From: Bacilli bacterium
GTDB taxonomy: Bacteria; Bacillota_I; Bacilli_A; RF39; UBA660
DNA: 32,000 bases
NCBI GenBank assembly: GCA_037071015.1
Contig: JBAMOY010000001.1
Coordinates: 831,478-863,477, forward strand
Reading direction: 5' to 3'
Shown here: piece after piece, positions 1 to 9,452 of the stretch
Layout: each line of letters begins with the position of its first letter
How positions within the stretch are numbered: the stretch's first letter is position 1
Notes under the pieces: model-generated
The model's database searches: none
What the model was told of the DNA's origin: nothing
The model's input: the letters and a program-made list of their open reading frames with translations, nothing else
Position numbers and translations under genes: made by a program

Positions 1-1673
1 ATACCATTGGCAGCTATATATCTAGAATCGAAAGCATTAAACGAATGTGCAATAAAAGAAAAATTTTCACCATTATATTCAAATACCGGAATATCATCTT
101 CCACATAACTTTCTTTTTTACCTTTTAGCTCAGTTAAATTATTTTTATATAAATCGAAAAAATTATTTTTAAAAGCTCTTATAATATCATCCAACAAATA
201 AATTTCCGAATGGTTATTTTGTAATTCTAACCAAATACTATCTAATTGTTCAGTTGATAATTGACCTAGTTTTTCCAAATATTCCAAATAAGACACTAGT
301 TTTTGATCCTCTAAGTTATCATTACCATTTTTCTTTAGCAACTGTTTATACCTTAACGAATTAATTTCTTCGTGCTGTATTTCATTAAATGCAAAATGAC
401 CCTTACCAGTCAAATAGGCGAAAATTTTCTCTCTTACAACTAAATTCGATTTATCGTAAAATTCATACCTGATTCCATTAAGATTATTTAGTTGTTCAAG
501 GTCATTAATCTGAATATCATGATTACCCTCGTTAACCAAAATTCGTAGGTAATCACCATTAATATTACTATCCACTATTTGCTTTAATAACTTTATATTG
601 TTAGCAAAATAATTAACCATCTTTTGCATTTGTAAAACCTTTAATTCTCCATTCTCATTATATAATAAATCAAAAAGAGTTTTAAAGTCTTTAATGCTAA
701 TTACCTGCAGAAGCTTATCTATCTTAAACTCCGCTTTTGGGCAAATTAAATATTTGATAATCATATCAACTACTAATAGTCCAAATATTTCAACAAACTC
801 ATCACATAAAACATATGACGAAAGTTCTAAATTTTCCTTGATATATTCATCTTTTAAATACTGGGACATCAATTTTCTCGAATTATCTGAAACAAACAAA
901 TTATTATTGATGTAATTATTAAAAGCTTCATTTTCATACAAACTAAAATTGTGTAAATTATTAATAGGTATTTTATCTGATAAAGCTTTCTCTAACATAT
1001 AATTATAATACTTGTTCCTATGAGGAATATTTTCTTCATAGATAATCGCCTCATAGCCATTAATAAAACTACTAATAACTAACTCATCATAATTAAGTAA
1101 ATATAAATTATTATTCGGCTCATCAATGGCATCAGAAAAATCTTCATAATAAGGTCTCTTCACCGTTCGATTACCCATGAATTGAAAGATAAAGTTCTTG
1201 TTCTTTGCAAGCTCTACCAATTCATCAGTGACATAATCCTTTTCTACATAATTTAATAAATTAGCATTACGACTAATAGCCACTTTTAAAAATTTTTCAT
1301 TATGCATCAAGCTATAATTATTTGGATCGAATTCTAAACCATCATCTAAAGCCATAGTAATTAACTCTTCTGTTAAAATATTTCTTTCAACATGAAGTAA
1401 ATTTTGTGGATTTTGTTTTACTAAATAAGTAGCTAGTTTATAATTACTAAAAATACCACTATTATAAGAAGATGGTAAGACAAAATCATGACTAATCGCA
1501 TAATCTACTATCTCATCAGTTAAGGCCTCTTTAGAAAATTCCGCTAAATTTCTAACATTAACCATCATATTATAAAGCGCTATTCGAGGATTTTGCAACT
1601 GTTCAGGTTCAGATAAATAACGGTTAACAATTACTCTCTCATCAGCAGTAAACATATTTTCAGAAAGTTCCAT
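1..1673 (-). CDS. Hypothetical protein; the window holds its N-terminal 557 codons and the ORF runs off the left edge
   Basis: My own minus-strand translation from ATG 1673..1671 (MELSENMFTADERVIVNRYLSEPEQ...) stays open to position 3. An AGAGG RBS lies about 8 nt upstream. It is absent from the ORF track, probably because no stop falls inside the window. It is helical and repeat-like (NPQNLLHVE.., NANLLNYVE..), possibly DUF4116-like. Function is unknown. Confidence 0.6.
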   Translation of the reverse strand, partial: MELSENMFTADERVIVNRYLSEPEQLQNPRIALYNMMVNVRNLAEFSKEALTDEIVDYAISHDFVLPSSYNSGIFSNYKLATYLVKQNPQNLLHVERNILTEELITMALDDGLEFDPNNYSLMHNEKFLKVAISRNANLLNYVEKDYVTDELVELAKNKNFIFQFMGNRTVKRPYYEDFSDAIDEPNNNLYLLNYDELVISSFINGYEAIIYEENIPHRNKYYNYMLEKALSDKIPINNLHNFSLYENEAFNNYINNNLFVSDNSRKLMSQYLKDEYIKENLELSSYVLCDEFVEIFGLLVVDMIIKYLICPKAEFKIDKLLQVISIKDFKTLFDLLYNENGELKVLQMQKMVNYFANNIKLLKQIVDSNINGDYLRILVNEGNHDIQINDLEQLNNLNGIRYEFYDKSNLVVREKIFAYLTGKGHFAFNEIQHEEINSLRYKQLLKKNGNDNLEDQKLVSYLEYLEKLGQLSTEQLDSIWLELQNNHSEIYLLDDIIRAFKNNFFDLYKNNLTELKGKKESYVEDDIPVFEYNGENFSFIAHSFNAFDSRYIAANG

Positions 1674-1686
1674 AAATCACCAACCT

Positions 1687-2025
1687 CTATCTATTATGAT
1701 GTGCTTGAAAATGTCCTTCGTTATCCCGTTCCATGGCATATCTTTCCTGAAAAGTTTTACCACCCTTACTTAAACCTTGTTCTTTATGGAGCGCCATCAA
1801 TCTTTTAATTTCTGCCATGATTTCTTCGGTTTCATCGTGTGTTTTACCTAATCTAATATAAATATCGTTAATACGCATATTATCGGTTAAACGTCTATGA
1901 ACCGTTGATTGTGATATTCCCGTTAAAGAACTTATCTCATACGTATTCAGATGATTATTAATTAACAAATTAACACAAGTTATAATTTCATTTCTAACTT
2001 GTTGTTCCTGTGCATCACTTAACAT
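1687..2025 (-). CDS. SpoIIID-like helix-turn-helix transcriptional regulator (putative)
   Basis: The HTH segment ISSLTGISQSTVHRRLTD resembles the SpoIIID GVSKSTVHKDLT helix. The protein is small and basic. Its GGAGGAGG RBS is embedded in the end of lepA. Confidence 0.55.
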   Translation of the reverse strand: MLSDAQEQQVRNEIITCVNLLINNHLNTYEISSLTGISQSTVHRRLTDNMRINDIYIRLGKTHDETEEIMAEIKRLMALHKEQGLSKGGKTFQERYAMERDNEGHFQAHHNR

Positions 2026-2027
2026 AG

Positions 2028-3827
2028 TTAATCCTCCTCCATCGAAAGAACTGACAAAAAAGCCTCTTGTGGTACTTCGACACTACCAACCATTTTCATT
2101 CGCTTCTTTCCCTCTTTTTGTTTTTCTAATAATTTTCGCTTACGCGAAACATCGCCACCATAACACTTAGCTAATACATTTTTACGAACAGCTTTAATAT
2201 CAGCTCTAGCAATGGCTTTGGTTCCAATAACTGCTTGGATAGGTACTTCAAATTGTTGCCTTGGAATTAACTTACGTAAGTTTTCAACAATAGCCTTTCC
2301 TCTTTTATAAGCAAAATCCTTATGTACAATCACACTTAAGGCATCAACCATCTCACCATTCAGTAATATATCCATTCTAACTAGATTACTGCTTTTATAA
2401 CCAATCACTTCATAATCAAAAGAAGCGTAACCTTTAGTGTATGACTTTAATTTATCAAAAAAATCATATACTATCTCTGACAACGGTATTTCATAATGGA
2501 TATTAACTCTTGTCTGATCAAGATACTCCATACTAACATAATTACCACGTTTATCCTGACATAATTCCATAATCGGACCAATATAATCACTAGGAACAAA
2601 AATATTAGTTCGAATATATGGTTCTTTTATATCTTTTATTTTGACACGATCTGGTAATTTAACAGGACTATCGATTAAAATATTACTACCATCTGTCATT
2701 TCAACATCATAGATAACCGATGGACTAGTCGCTATTAATTCGATTCCAAATTCCCTCTCAATACGTTCTTCAATGATCTCCATGTGTAAAAGACCTAAGA
2801 AGCCACAACGAAAACCAAAACCTAACGCTTTAGAAGTTTCTGGAACAAACTCTAAAGATGCATCATTTAATTTAAGTTTTTCCAATGCCTCTCGTAAATC
2901 TGGATATTTTGAAGATTCAATCGGATAAATACCACAAAACACCATTGGTTTCATCGGTTTATAGCCCGGTAATACCTCTAAACTAGGATTACTATCCAAA
3001 GTAATCGTATCACCAACCTTAACATCTTCAATGCTTTTAATACTAGCACATAAAAAACCAACTTCACCAGCTACTAATTCCTTTTTCTTAACCTCTTTAG
3101 GATTATGAACTCCAAGTTCAACTACATCATATGTTGCTCCGGTAGCCATCATTTTAATTCTATCTCCGACCTTAACCTTACCATTAACAACTCTAATTAA
3201 CGTCACAATACCACGGTAAGAATCAAAGTAACTATCAAAAATTAAAGCTTGCAATTTATCATTAGCATTTCCTTGTGGAGCCGGTACTTTATCGATAATA
3301 GCCTCAACTAATTCTTTAATACCAACACCGTTTTTAGCACTCGTTAAAATAATTTCATCTTCCGAAAATCCTAAAGTATCCATTAGTTCTAACTTAACTT
3401 TTTCAGGATCCGCATTTGGTAAATCAATTTTATTAATAACGGGAATAATCGTCAAATTGTTGTCAAGGGCTAAATACAAATTAGCCAATGTTTGCGCCTC
3501 AATTCCCTGCGCAGCATCCACTACCAATACAGCCCCTTCACAAGCTGCTAAACTACGACTAACTTCATATGAAAAATCGACATGACCTGGTGTATCAATT
3601 AAGTGTAAAATATAATCATTGTTACGATAATGATAATTCAATTGAACCGCATTTAACTTAATCGTAATTCCTCTTTCACGTTCCAAATCCATATTATCTA
3701 ATAATTGAGCCTGTTTTTCACGATCAGTAATAGCGCCTGTTATCTCCAATAAACGATCAGCTAAAGTACTTTTACCGTGATCAATATGCGCAATGATTGA
3801 AAAATTTCTAATGTTTTCTCGTTTCAT
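2028..3827 (-). CDS. lepA: Elongation factor 4 (LepA)
   Basis: G1 motif [17 protein letters not shown] and NKIDL motifs, and the LepA-specific C-terminal domain. I prefer the ATG at 3827 (MKRENIRNF) behind an AAGGTGG RBS over the track start at 3836. Confidence 0.95.
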   Translation of the reverse strand: MKRENIRNFSIIAHIDHGKSTLADRLLEITGAITDREKQAQLLDNMDLERERGITIKLNAVQLNYHYRNNDYILHLIDTPGHVDFSYEVSRSLAACEGAVLVVDAAQGIEAQTLANLYLALDNNLTIIPVINKIDLPNADPEKVKLELMDTLGFSEDEIILTSAKNGVGIKELVEAIIDKVPAPQGNANDKLQALIFDSYFDSYRGIVTLIRVVNGKVKVGDRIKMMATGATYDVVELGVHNPKEVKKKELVAGEVGFLCASIKSIEDVKVGDTITLDSNPSLEVLPGYKPMKPMVFCGIYPIESSKYPDLREALEKLKLNDASLEFVPETSKALGFGFRCGFLGLLHMEIIEERIEREFGIELIATSPSVIYDVEMTDGSNILIDSPVKLPDRVKIKDIKEPYIRTNIFVPSDYIGPIMELCQDKRGNYVSMEYLDQTRVNIHYEIPLSEIVYDFFDKLKSYTKGYASFDYEVIGYKSSNLVRMDILLNGEMVDALSVIVHKDFAYKRGKAIVENLRKLIPRQQFEVPIQAVIGTKAIARADIKAVRKNVLAKCYGGDVSRKRKLLEKQKEGKKRMKMVGSVEVPQEAFLSVLSMEED

Positions 3828-3877
3828 AACATCCACCTTTTAACATTATACCAAACAATAACAAAAAAAAGAAGAAA

Positions 3878-5212
3878 TTATTCCTCTTTAAATCCCACTA
3901 TCATCCCACTTAACATATAAAATAATGGCGCCACATCAACAACACTAATGTTAAATAGAGCTTGTACACTATAACCAATAATTGGAATAGATAAAGTCAA
4001 CATTTCAACACTTTTAATTTTAAGTCCTTTTTGTATTACCATAAACAACCATATCATATATGGTATAAATCCAATAATACCATTAGTAACTAAAATCTGT
4101 AAATATACATTGTGAGCTTTATCTACCTTTTGAGTATGATAATATTTATTATAAGCTAAACCTAGGTTATCTAAACCAACCCCAACCAAATAATTATCCT
4201 TAATTATCGGAATACTATTTTTCCATATTGTTATACGATTGCTAGATAATTGATCTAAAGTAATATCTTCTTTATGAATCAAATTAGTATTTTTCTTCAC
4301 AAAGTTACATTCCAAATCTAAAATATCACATCCATATATTAATACTCGATCAATATCACCTTTAATTGTATAATTATCCATATTTTCATAATGATATATA
4401 TCATTAAACAAATAGTCAGTACCATAAACCCCAAACAAAAAAGTGATAATAAGGCTTATACATAAAACATTTAATCTACAACCCACCTTTATTTTCCTAA
4501 CCAAAATAATCAATAATAATACAAACAGTCCCACAAAGTAACCGATAAGTGGCCCCGTCGACTGCGCTAATATAAGACTCATTATAAAGATTATAGAACA
4601 TATCAAATAATAAACACGATGTCTACTTGAAAATAAATATAGTCCAATACTTAATAACCCTAATAAAACCATATAAGAACCAAAAAAATTAGGATTACCA
4701 TTTAAACCACTTGCCATCCAAATCCATTTAAATTTCATAACAAATGGAACTTTAAATATTACTTGAAAAACAGCATATAAACTTTGTAAAATACCCATTA
4801 AAAGCCACACATTTAATATTTTAAATCTTTTATCGCAATCAATTAATCTACTATTTAAAAAGATTAAGTAATAAGATAGTAAAACAATAAAACCTTCATA
4901 ACGATGAGTATAGCCAAATATAGCAGTATCATAATCAATAGCCAAAACTGAACTAATTACACCCGCCAATATCAAAATATACATTATATAATCAAAATAA
5001 TTAGGTTTGATTATTTTTTTATATAAACAGTAAATATATATAAACCCATGTAAAGGTAATATAAGCCAATACATTCTTAATAGATTAAAAGAAAAATAGA
5101 CATTATCTAAATTAAAATATAATGAAGTATATTTAATTAACATACATATAGGAAATATTAATATACATATAAGTAGTGAATAATAGTTAAATTGATATAT
5201 TTTATTATCCAT
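3878..5212 (-). CDS. O-antigen ligase / Wzy_C family polytopic membrane protein (possible O-oligosaccharyltransferase)
   Basis: About 10-12 hydrophobic spans, with a Wzy_C-type motif KAHNVYLQILVTNGIIGF near the C-terminus. It lies directly downstream of a pilin gene. Confidence 0.7.
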   Translation of the reverse strand: MDNKIYQFNYYSLLICILIFPICMLIKYTSLYFNLDNVYFSFNLLRMYWLILPLHGFIYIYCLYKKIIKPNYFDYIMYILILAGVISSVLAIDYDTAIFGYTHRYEGFIVLLSYYLIFLNSRLIDCDKRFKILNVWLLMGILQSLYAVFQVIFKVPFVMKFKWIWMASGLNGNPNFFGSYMVLLGLLSIGLYLFSSRHRVYYLICSIIFIMSLILAQSTGPLIGYFVGLFVLLLIILVRKIKVGCRLNVLCISLIITFLFGVYGTDYLFNDIYHYENMDNYTIKGDIDRVLIYGCDILDLECNFVKKNTNLIHKEDITLDQLSSNRITIWKNSIPIIKDNYLVGVGLDNLGLAYNKYYHTQKVDKAHNVYLQILVTNGIIGFIPYMIWLFMVIQKGLKIKSVEMLTLSIPIIGYSVQALFNISVVDVAPLFYMLSGMIVGFKEE

Positions 5213-5264
5213 GATATCACCCTAAATATTATAACGTATTCTATTTAAAATAAAAATAAGCCTT

Positions 5265-5284
5265 TAAGCTTATTTTTATAGTTA
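5265..5284 (-). terminator. Weak AT-rich hairpin plus U-tract between the pilin gene and the Wzy_C gene
   Basis: Minus strand AAUAAGC-UUAAAG-GCUUAUU followed by UUUUAUUUUA. The stem is AT-rich, so termination is probably partial. Confidence 0.3.
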
Positions 5285-5297
5285 TTGTAAATTATTA

Positions 5298-5684
5298 CTA
5301 TTTATCACAGTTAACTGTATCTCCAGATTGAGTACAAGTATAATCCCCAACCTTGAAACCAGCACTTAATACAGCAGTAGCCTCACCATTTGAAGATGCA
5401 TTTTCAAATGTAAGAGTTCCTGTCATATTATCTTTGTTTTTTAAATCTAAAGCAGTTACATTAACAGTGTTTTCTGTTGGTGCTGAACCTGTTTCTAAAA
5501 TTGTATTTGCATAATATAATTCTGCAGCTTTAATTGCAGCATATGCATCACTTTCAGCAGCTCCTTTTCTAGATTGTTCAATATACTTTAATACCATTGG
5601 TGTAGCGATTAAAGCAATAATAGCTAAAATAACGATAACAGCCAATAATTCAATTAAAGTAAAACCTTTTTGATTTCTTTTCAT
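5298..5684 (-). CDS. Type IV pilin / pseudopilin with prepilin N-terminal cleavage-methylation domain
   Basis: N-terminus MKRNQKG|FTLIELLAVIVILAIIALIA is a class III signal with Glu at +5. There is a C-terminal Cys pair (C..C) and a strong GAGGAGGAAGG RBS. Confidence 0.85.
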   Translation of the reverse strand: MKRNQKGFTLIELLAVIVILAIIALIATPMVLKYIEQSRKGAAESDAYAAIKAAELYYANTILETGSAPTENTVNVTALDLKNKDNMTGTLTFENASSNGEATAVLSAGFKVGDYTCTQSGDTVNCDK

Positions 5685-5858
5685 TATTCTTTCCTTCCTC
5701 CTCTATTTTATTACGATACTAATATAACACATTTATAATATTCAAGTCAATATACAACAAAATAATTTTTTTATTTACCATAAATGTTAATATTTTCTAT
5801 TTATAGTATTAACATCATAAAATTATTTATTCAATATAATTGATTTATATAAGTTTTT

Positions 5859-7379
5859 TTACTTTTTAAAAGAAGTATTAACTGTTTGATAGTATAATTT
5901 TTCAAGTTGTTCATCTGATATTTGAATAACCTTACCACCGTTAGGATTTATTTCTTTTCCACCAAAAACAACCCATATTGCATCTAAACGTTTAGAAGGC
6001 ATATCCGCATAACCATCAGTAAAAATTATTTTATTTTCAACCCGTCTTGTAAAAGCATTAACTGCTGTTTCAAAATCAGTTCCACCACCACCAACAAATG
6101 GCATATTATCAATATCATTTACATTTTTGATTTCATTAAAACCATAAAATTTTGTATCAAAACAACCAGCTTTTACCTTAGAATTTTGCAAAATATTTTT
6201 ACATTCTCTTAAAAAATTTCGTAATAATGATTCATCGATTGAACCACTAGTATCTAATAAAATTTCCGTTTCGGGTTTTGGAAGTTCCTCTAAATAAGGA
6301 GTAATCACCCCATCTTCAATTGAGGCATTTCGATAAGACCAATCAACATCATATTTAATAGCTTCTTTTAATAAGCGACGCCAATCAATTAAAGGGTCAG
6401 CAGTACCAATATCATTCATATTTCTAATTTCAGAATTGGTATCTTTACCTGCGCCAATTGATTGTTTAGCTAACGATGAACGTAACTCATCTAACTGTTT
6501 TTTTCTGTCAATTTTATTTTGTTCAAAAATTCGTTTTTCACCAATCTGCGACAATCTATTTATCTGTTGACGAACTTTTTCGATATCTTTCTTTTCTTTT
6601 TCATCTAAAGAATCTGGTTTTGAATGACTCTTTTGTTCAGATTCTCTATGATCATTCGAGCTGTCTCTTTGAGAATCTTCATTTTGTTTTTTAGTTTCCT
6701 CTTGTTTTCTTTTTGCCACTGCTTTCTGCCACATATCATGTGTATCGTGACCCACATCCTTTGTTTGTTCTGAAGAACTTTTTTCTTCTGAATTACTTCT
6801 CTGTTGTTCACTTTCAGAACCACTGTTTTGATTATGATTACCAGATGAGCTCTGATCTTTTTGATCATTTTCCTGACCTTGTGAATTAGAATCTCTATTT
6901 TGGACATTAGATGAATCACTCTGAGATTCCGTATTTTGATTACCATTTTCTGATGATTTTTGGGCATTTTGTTTTTGCTCCAACAACTTTTGATAAAAGG
7001 CTTCGGCATCATAATTAAATGCTTCTGGCATATTAACACCATCTTTGACTATTTGTAATCCATCATGCTCTAAATAAGCATTGATAACGGCGTCAGTGGC
7101 AGTATTCCAAAGATCTGGATCTTTACCTTCGCTTCTGAAAATATGATCAAAAGCCACATGACAAACTTCATGAGCAAAAATAAACACTTGTTCATTTTTT
7201 GTTAAACTATTTATAAAATCCGGATGATAATAAATCGTATTGCCATCTGTTCCCGCAGTCGGTTGTCCATTACTATAACAATCTCTAGATTCAACATAAT
7301 TTAAATTAGCTATAATACTCCCAAAAAAAGGATATTTAACTAACATTCTTTTTTTTATAGAATCAATATTAAAACTCAT
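5859..7379 (-). CDS. Putative zinc metallopeptidase (HExxH) fused to a VWA-like domain (DUF2201-type architecture) through a long low-complexity linker
   Basis: HEVCH at 7158..7172 in an N-terminal peptidase-like domain. The C-terminal ILLDTSGSI...GGGGTDF resembles a VWA MIDAS-type region. I prefer the start at ATG 7379 (MSFNIDS) behind an AGGGGTG RBS. This architecture is typically partnered with MoxR-type ATPases. Confidence 0.75.
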   Translation of the reverse strand: MSFNIDSIKKRMLVKYPFFGSIIANLNYVESRDCYSNGQPTAGTDGNTIYYHPDFINSLTKNEQVFIFAHEVCHVAFDHIFRSEGKDPDLWNTATDAVINAYLEHDGLQIVKDGVNMPEAFNYDAEAFYQKLLEQKQNAQKSSENGNQNTESQSDSSNVQNRDSNSQGQENDQKDQSSSGNHNQNSGSESEQQRSNSEEKSSSEQTKDVGHDTHDMWQKAVAKRKQEETKKQNEDSQRDSSNDHRESEQKSHSKPDSLDEKEKKDIEKVRQQINRLSQIGEKRIFEQNKIDRKKQLDELRSSLAKQSIGAGKDTNSEIRNMNDIGTADPLIDWRRLLKEAIKYDVDWSYRNASIEDGVITPYLEELPKPETEILLDTSGSIDESLLRNFLRECKNILQNSKVKAGCFDTKFYGFNEIKNVNDIDNMPFVGGGGTDFETAVNAFTRRVENKIIFTDGYADMPSKRLDAIWVVFGGKEINPNGGKVIQISDEQLEKLYYQTVNTSFKK

Positions 7380-7390
7380 ATTTAGCACCC

Positions 7391-7792
7391 CTAAATATGA
7401 ATTAACAACGAATAAACATCTTCACTAATTGGATGATTATTTAAATTATTTGCTGTTACGATAATTAAACATTGCTCTGGCAATTCAAATGTACTTATCT
7501 TACGATATTTTAATATCTCAATAAATTTATTTTGTTCTGCCATCGGTATCATATTAATATTTTTAATCACAATAATAGGCCGCTCTTTTTTTACTCTATC
7601 AAGTAAATCTTGATACCAATCAGGTGCAACAAATGAAGTTCCCTCATAATGCCCATTCAAAAGCGATATGTCACAATCAGCATTAATAATAATATCATTA
7701 ACAAATACATCATCTGAAACATCTTCTAAAAGAAGTGGCGACATATTAGCTTTGATATAGGTTTCTAACAAATTTATTCTATCTTGTTTCAT
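7391..7792 (-). CDS. Degenerate AAA-like protein, a paralog of the Walker B to sensor-1 segment of the upstream ATPase with no Walker A
   Basis: PIIVIKNINMIPMAEQNKFIEILKYRKISTFELPEQCLIIVTANNLN aligns by eye with IHIVFFDEITNALPSIQGMAFNIVLDGEVNGIWKLPENARIVAAGNDLN of the 540-aa ORF. The Walker B DE is replaced by KN. An ATGA start/stop overlap with the upstream ORF indicates translational coupling. Confidence 0.5.
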   Translation of the reverse strand: MKQDRINLLETYIKANMSPLLLEDVSDDVFVNDIIINADCDISLLNGHYEGTSFVAPDWYQDLLDRVKKERPIIVIKNINMIPMAEQNKFIEILKYRKISTFELPEQCLIIVTANNLNNHPISEDVYSLLIHI

Positions 7793-9411
7793 CGTCTTAT
7801 CCCTCCTTCTGATAAAGATGCTGTTCGTAATTCTGCTATATACTCTAATCGTGATTCATCACCATGAATCCAGAGGTTATCAAACGTGGCACATATTTCC
7901 GCACCTAATCTTTTAACAAAATTTCTAACAGTTTCTAAATTTTCTTCATCAACAGAAGAAAGACCCACTGCTGTTGCAAATTTTTCAGCAACATTCATTT
8001 CCAAGTCATTATCATTGTAATTACCATTTATCACATCATCAACACTGATAACTTGTTGACGACAAAAAGCCGTAAAATCACTAGTTAAGTCTTCACCAAC
8101 CAAAGCTCTAAGCATTTCTGGTTGTTTGGTCTTATACAATATTTTAGATGCCATTTCCCATTTACGAGGATCAGCATTAGGTTTTTCACCATTATAAGCA
8201 GTTCTTAAGACATCCTCGCCCTTATAAGACTTATAAGCTATATATGCATAAATAGCCGGATGAATTTTAGCTTGGATATCTTCTTCTTCATAATCTAATC
8301 TTTCATATGCTTCTTTAGGCATTGACGCCCATTTTAACCACGAATCAACAGTAGTATTAATATAGACATGTGCAAAACGATTAAATAATGGTTCAGCCAT
8401 AGTATTAGCTGCCAAACTATCATTTAAATCATTACCAGCAGCTACAATACGAGCATTTTCTGGTAGTTTCCATATTCCGTTTACTTCACCATCCAAGACA
8501 ATATTAAAAGCCATACCTTGTATGGAAGGAAGCGCATTAGTAATTTCATCAAAGAAAACAATGTGAATTTTATCTGGTTCTGCCTCACATTTTTGCTTTA
8601 ATTTTTTTAACCAAGTTGGAGGAACATCTATCATTTCACCAGTTTCTGAATTGTATACACTTTTACCATTCAAACTTTCTGGTGTAGCATTCCTTAAATA
8701 AATTATTTCACAATCCGGATCCAACTGTTTTACCCGGGCACTTTTACCTTCACTAGATCTACCATGTAAAAATACAGCTACATTCCCCTTAATAGCCCCT
8801 TTAATTATATCTTCTTCACTAACCCGATCAAAATTAAAACCATATGGATTTCTTTTTCTTGTTACTGCATGTTTATCTATTATATTATTTTGCGAATCTA
8901 AATTTTGAACCAAATCTCTAATTTGCAGTAGATCATGAGATAAATGTTGATCCAAAAATTTTTTTATATCCGTATTAAGCCAATTAGCCGTTTTATAATC
9001 CCTTGTTCTATTGAACTGAACCCCAGAAAAAATTAATTTTTCTGAAACGGCTATTCCTTCTTGTTCATCAACTAACCATTTTACTGGTTCAACTGCAACC
9101 CAAACAAAATCACCGTTACGATAATTTTTCCCATTAGATAACGTAAACTCTCTAGAACCATAATCAGAATTAGCTTTAACCCTAATATATCGTTTACCAT
9201 TATATTCATATTCATCATGAACCAACGCTTGAAACGGTTGATCATAAGCATCATATGGTCGCGAATCCGTTGTATATGTATTCCCAGTCCTAATGAGTCC
9301 TCCAAAATTAAAAGCCCGTTCCAATTGAACTTGCAAATCAACACTAGCAACAGTCTGCGGATAATACCCATATTCAATTTCTAGAATTCCATCATTTGCT
9401 CTTCTACTCAC
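7789..9411 (-). CDS. MoxR-like (AAA_5-type) AAA+ ATPase with an N-terminal DUF6273-like beta-rich domain; this is the downstream part of the interrupted DGR target
   Basis: Walker A GRSSEGKS (8740..8763), Walker B IVFFDE (8545..8562), sensor-1 RIVAAGND. The N-terminal region has EPVKWLVDEQEG...NWLNTDIKKFL. The track start is a GTG with no Shine-Dalgarno, and the frame stays open upstream to 9483, so it is probably not an independent start. Confidence 0.8.
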   Translation of the reverse strand: MSRRANDGILEIEYGYYPQTVASVDLQVQLERAFNFGGLIRTGNTYTTDSRPYDAYDQPFQALVHDEYEYNGKRYIRVKANSDYGSREFTLSNGKNYRNGDFVWVAVEPVKWLVDEQEGIAVSEKLIFSGVQFNRTRDYKTANWLNTDIKKFLDQHLSHDLLQIRDLVQNLDSQNNIIDKHAVTRKRNPYGFNFDRVSEEDIIKGAIKGNVAVFLHGRSSEGKSARVKQLDPDCEIIYLRNATPESLNGKSVYNSETGEMIDVPPTWLKKLKQKCEAEPDKIHIVFFDEITNALPSIQGMAFNIVLDGEVNGIWKLPENARIVAAGNDLNDSLAANTMAEPLFNRFAHVYINTTVDSWLKWASMPKEAYERLDYEEEDIQAKIHPAIYAYIAYKSYKGEDVLRTAYNGEKPNADPRKWEMASKILYKTKQPEMLRALVGEDLTSDFTAFCRQQVISVDDVINGNYNDNDLEMNVAEKFATAVGLSSVDEENLETVRNFVKRLGAEICATFDNLWIHGDESRLEYIAELRTASLSEGGIRR

Positions 9412-9425
9412 TACGTTCGTAGAGA
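9408..9425 (-). promoter_or_regulatory. Candidate hairpin/cruciform downstream of the VR (possible DGR target-recognition element)
   Basis: Minus strand UCUCUAC-GAAC-GUAGUGA is a 7-bp stem with one mismatch and a 4-nt loop, about 28 nt 3' of the VR end. The VR 3' end (GGTTGTGGTCGTCCAG) is locally GC-rich. Confidence 0.35.
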
Positions 9426-9452
9426 TACTAAAGATGGATGAGTACGGTAAAG

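Noticed and set aside
694-915. Plus-strand 73-aa ORF at 694..915
   Set aside because: It is antisense to a much longer open minus-strand frame (1..1673), has no RBS, and has a low-complexity Ser/Ile/Asn composition.
6476-7042. Track ORFs 6476..6694 (+) and 6605..7042 (-, alternative frame) inside the peptidase-VWA gene
   Set aside because: They lie wholly within the low-complexity, purine-rich part of a longer, motif-bearing ORF. They have no RBS and give implausible compositions, so I treat them as shadow ORFs.
9081-9377. Track ORF 9081..9377 (-, 98 aa) overlapping the 540-aa ORF
   Set aside because: It is an alternative frame inside a gene with clear Walker motifs and domain structure, and it has no RBS. 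I treat it as an artefact of AT-rich sequence.
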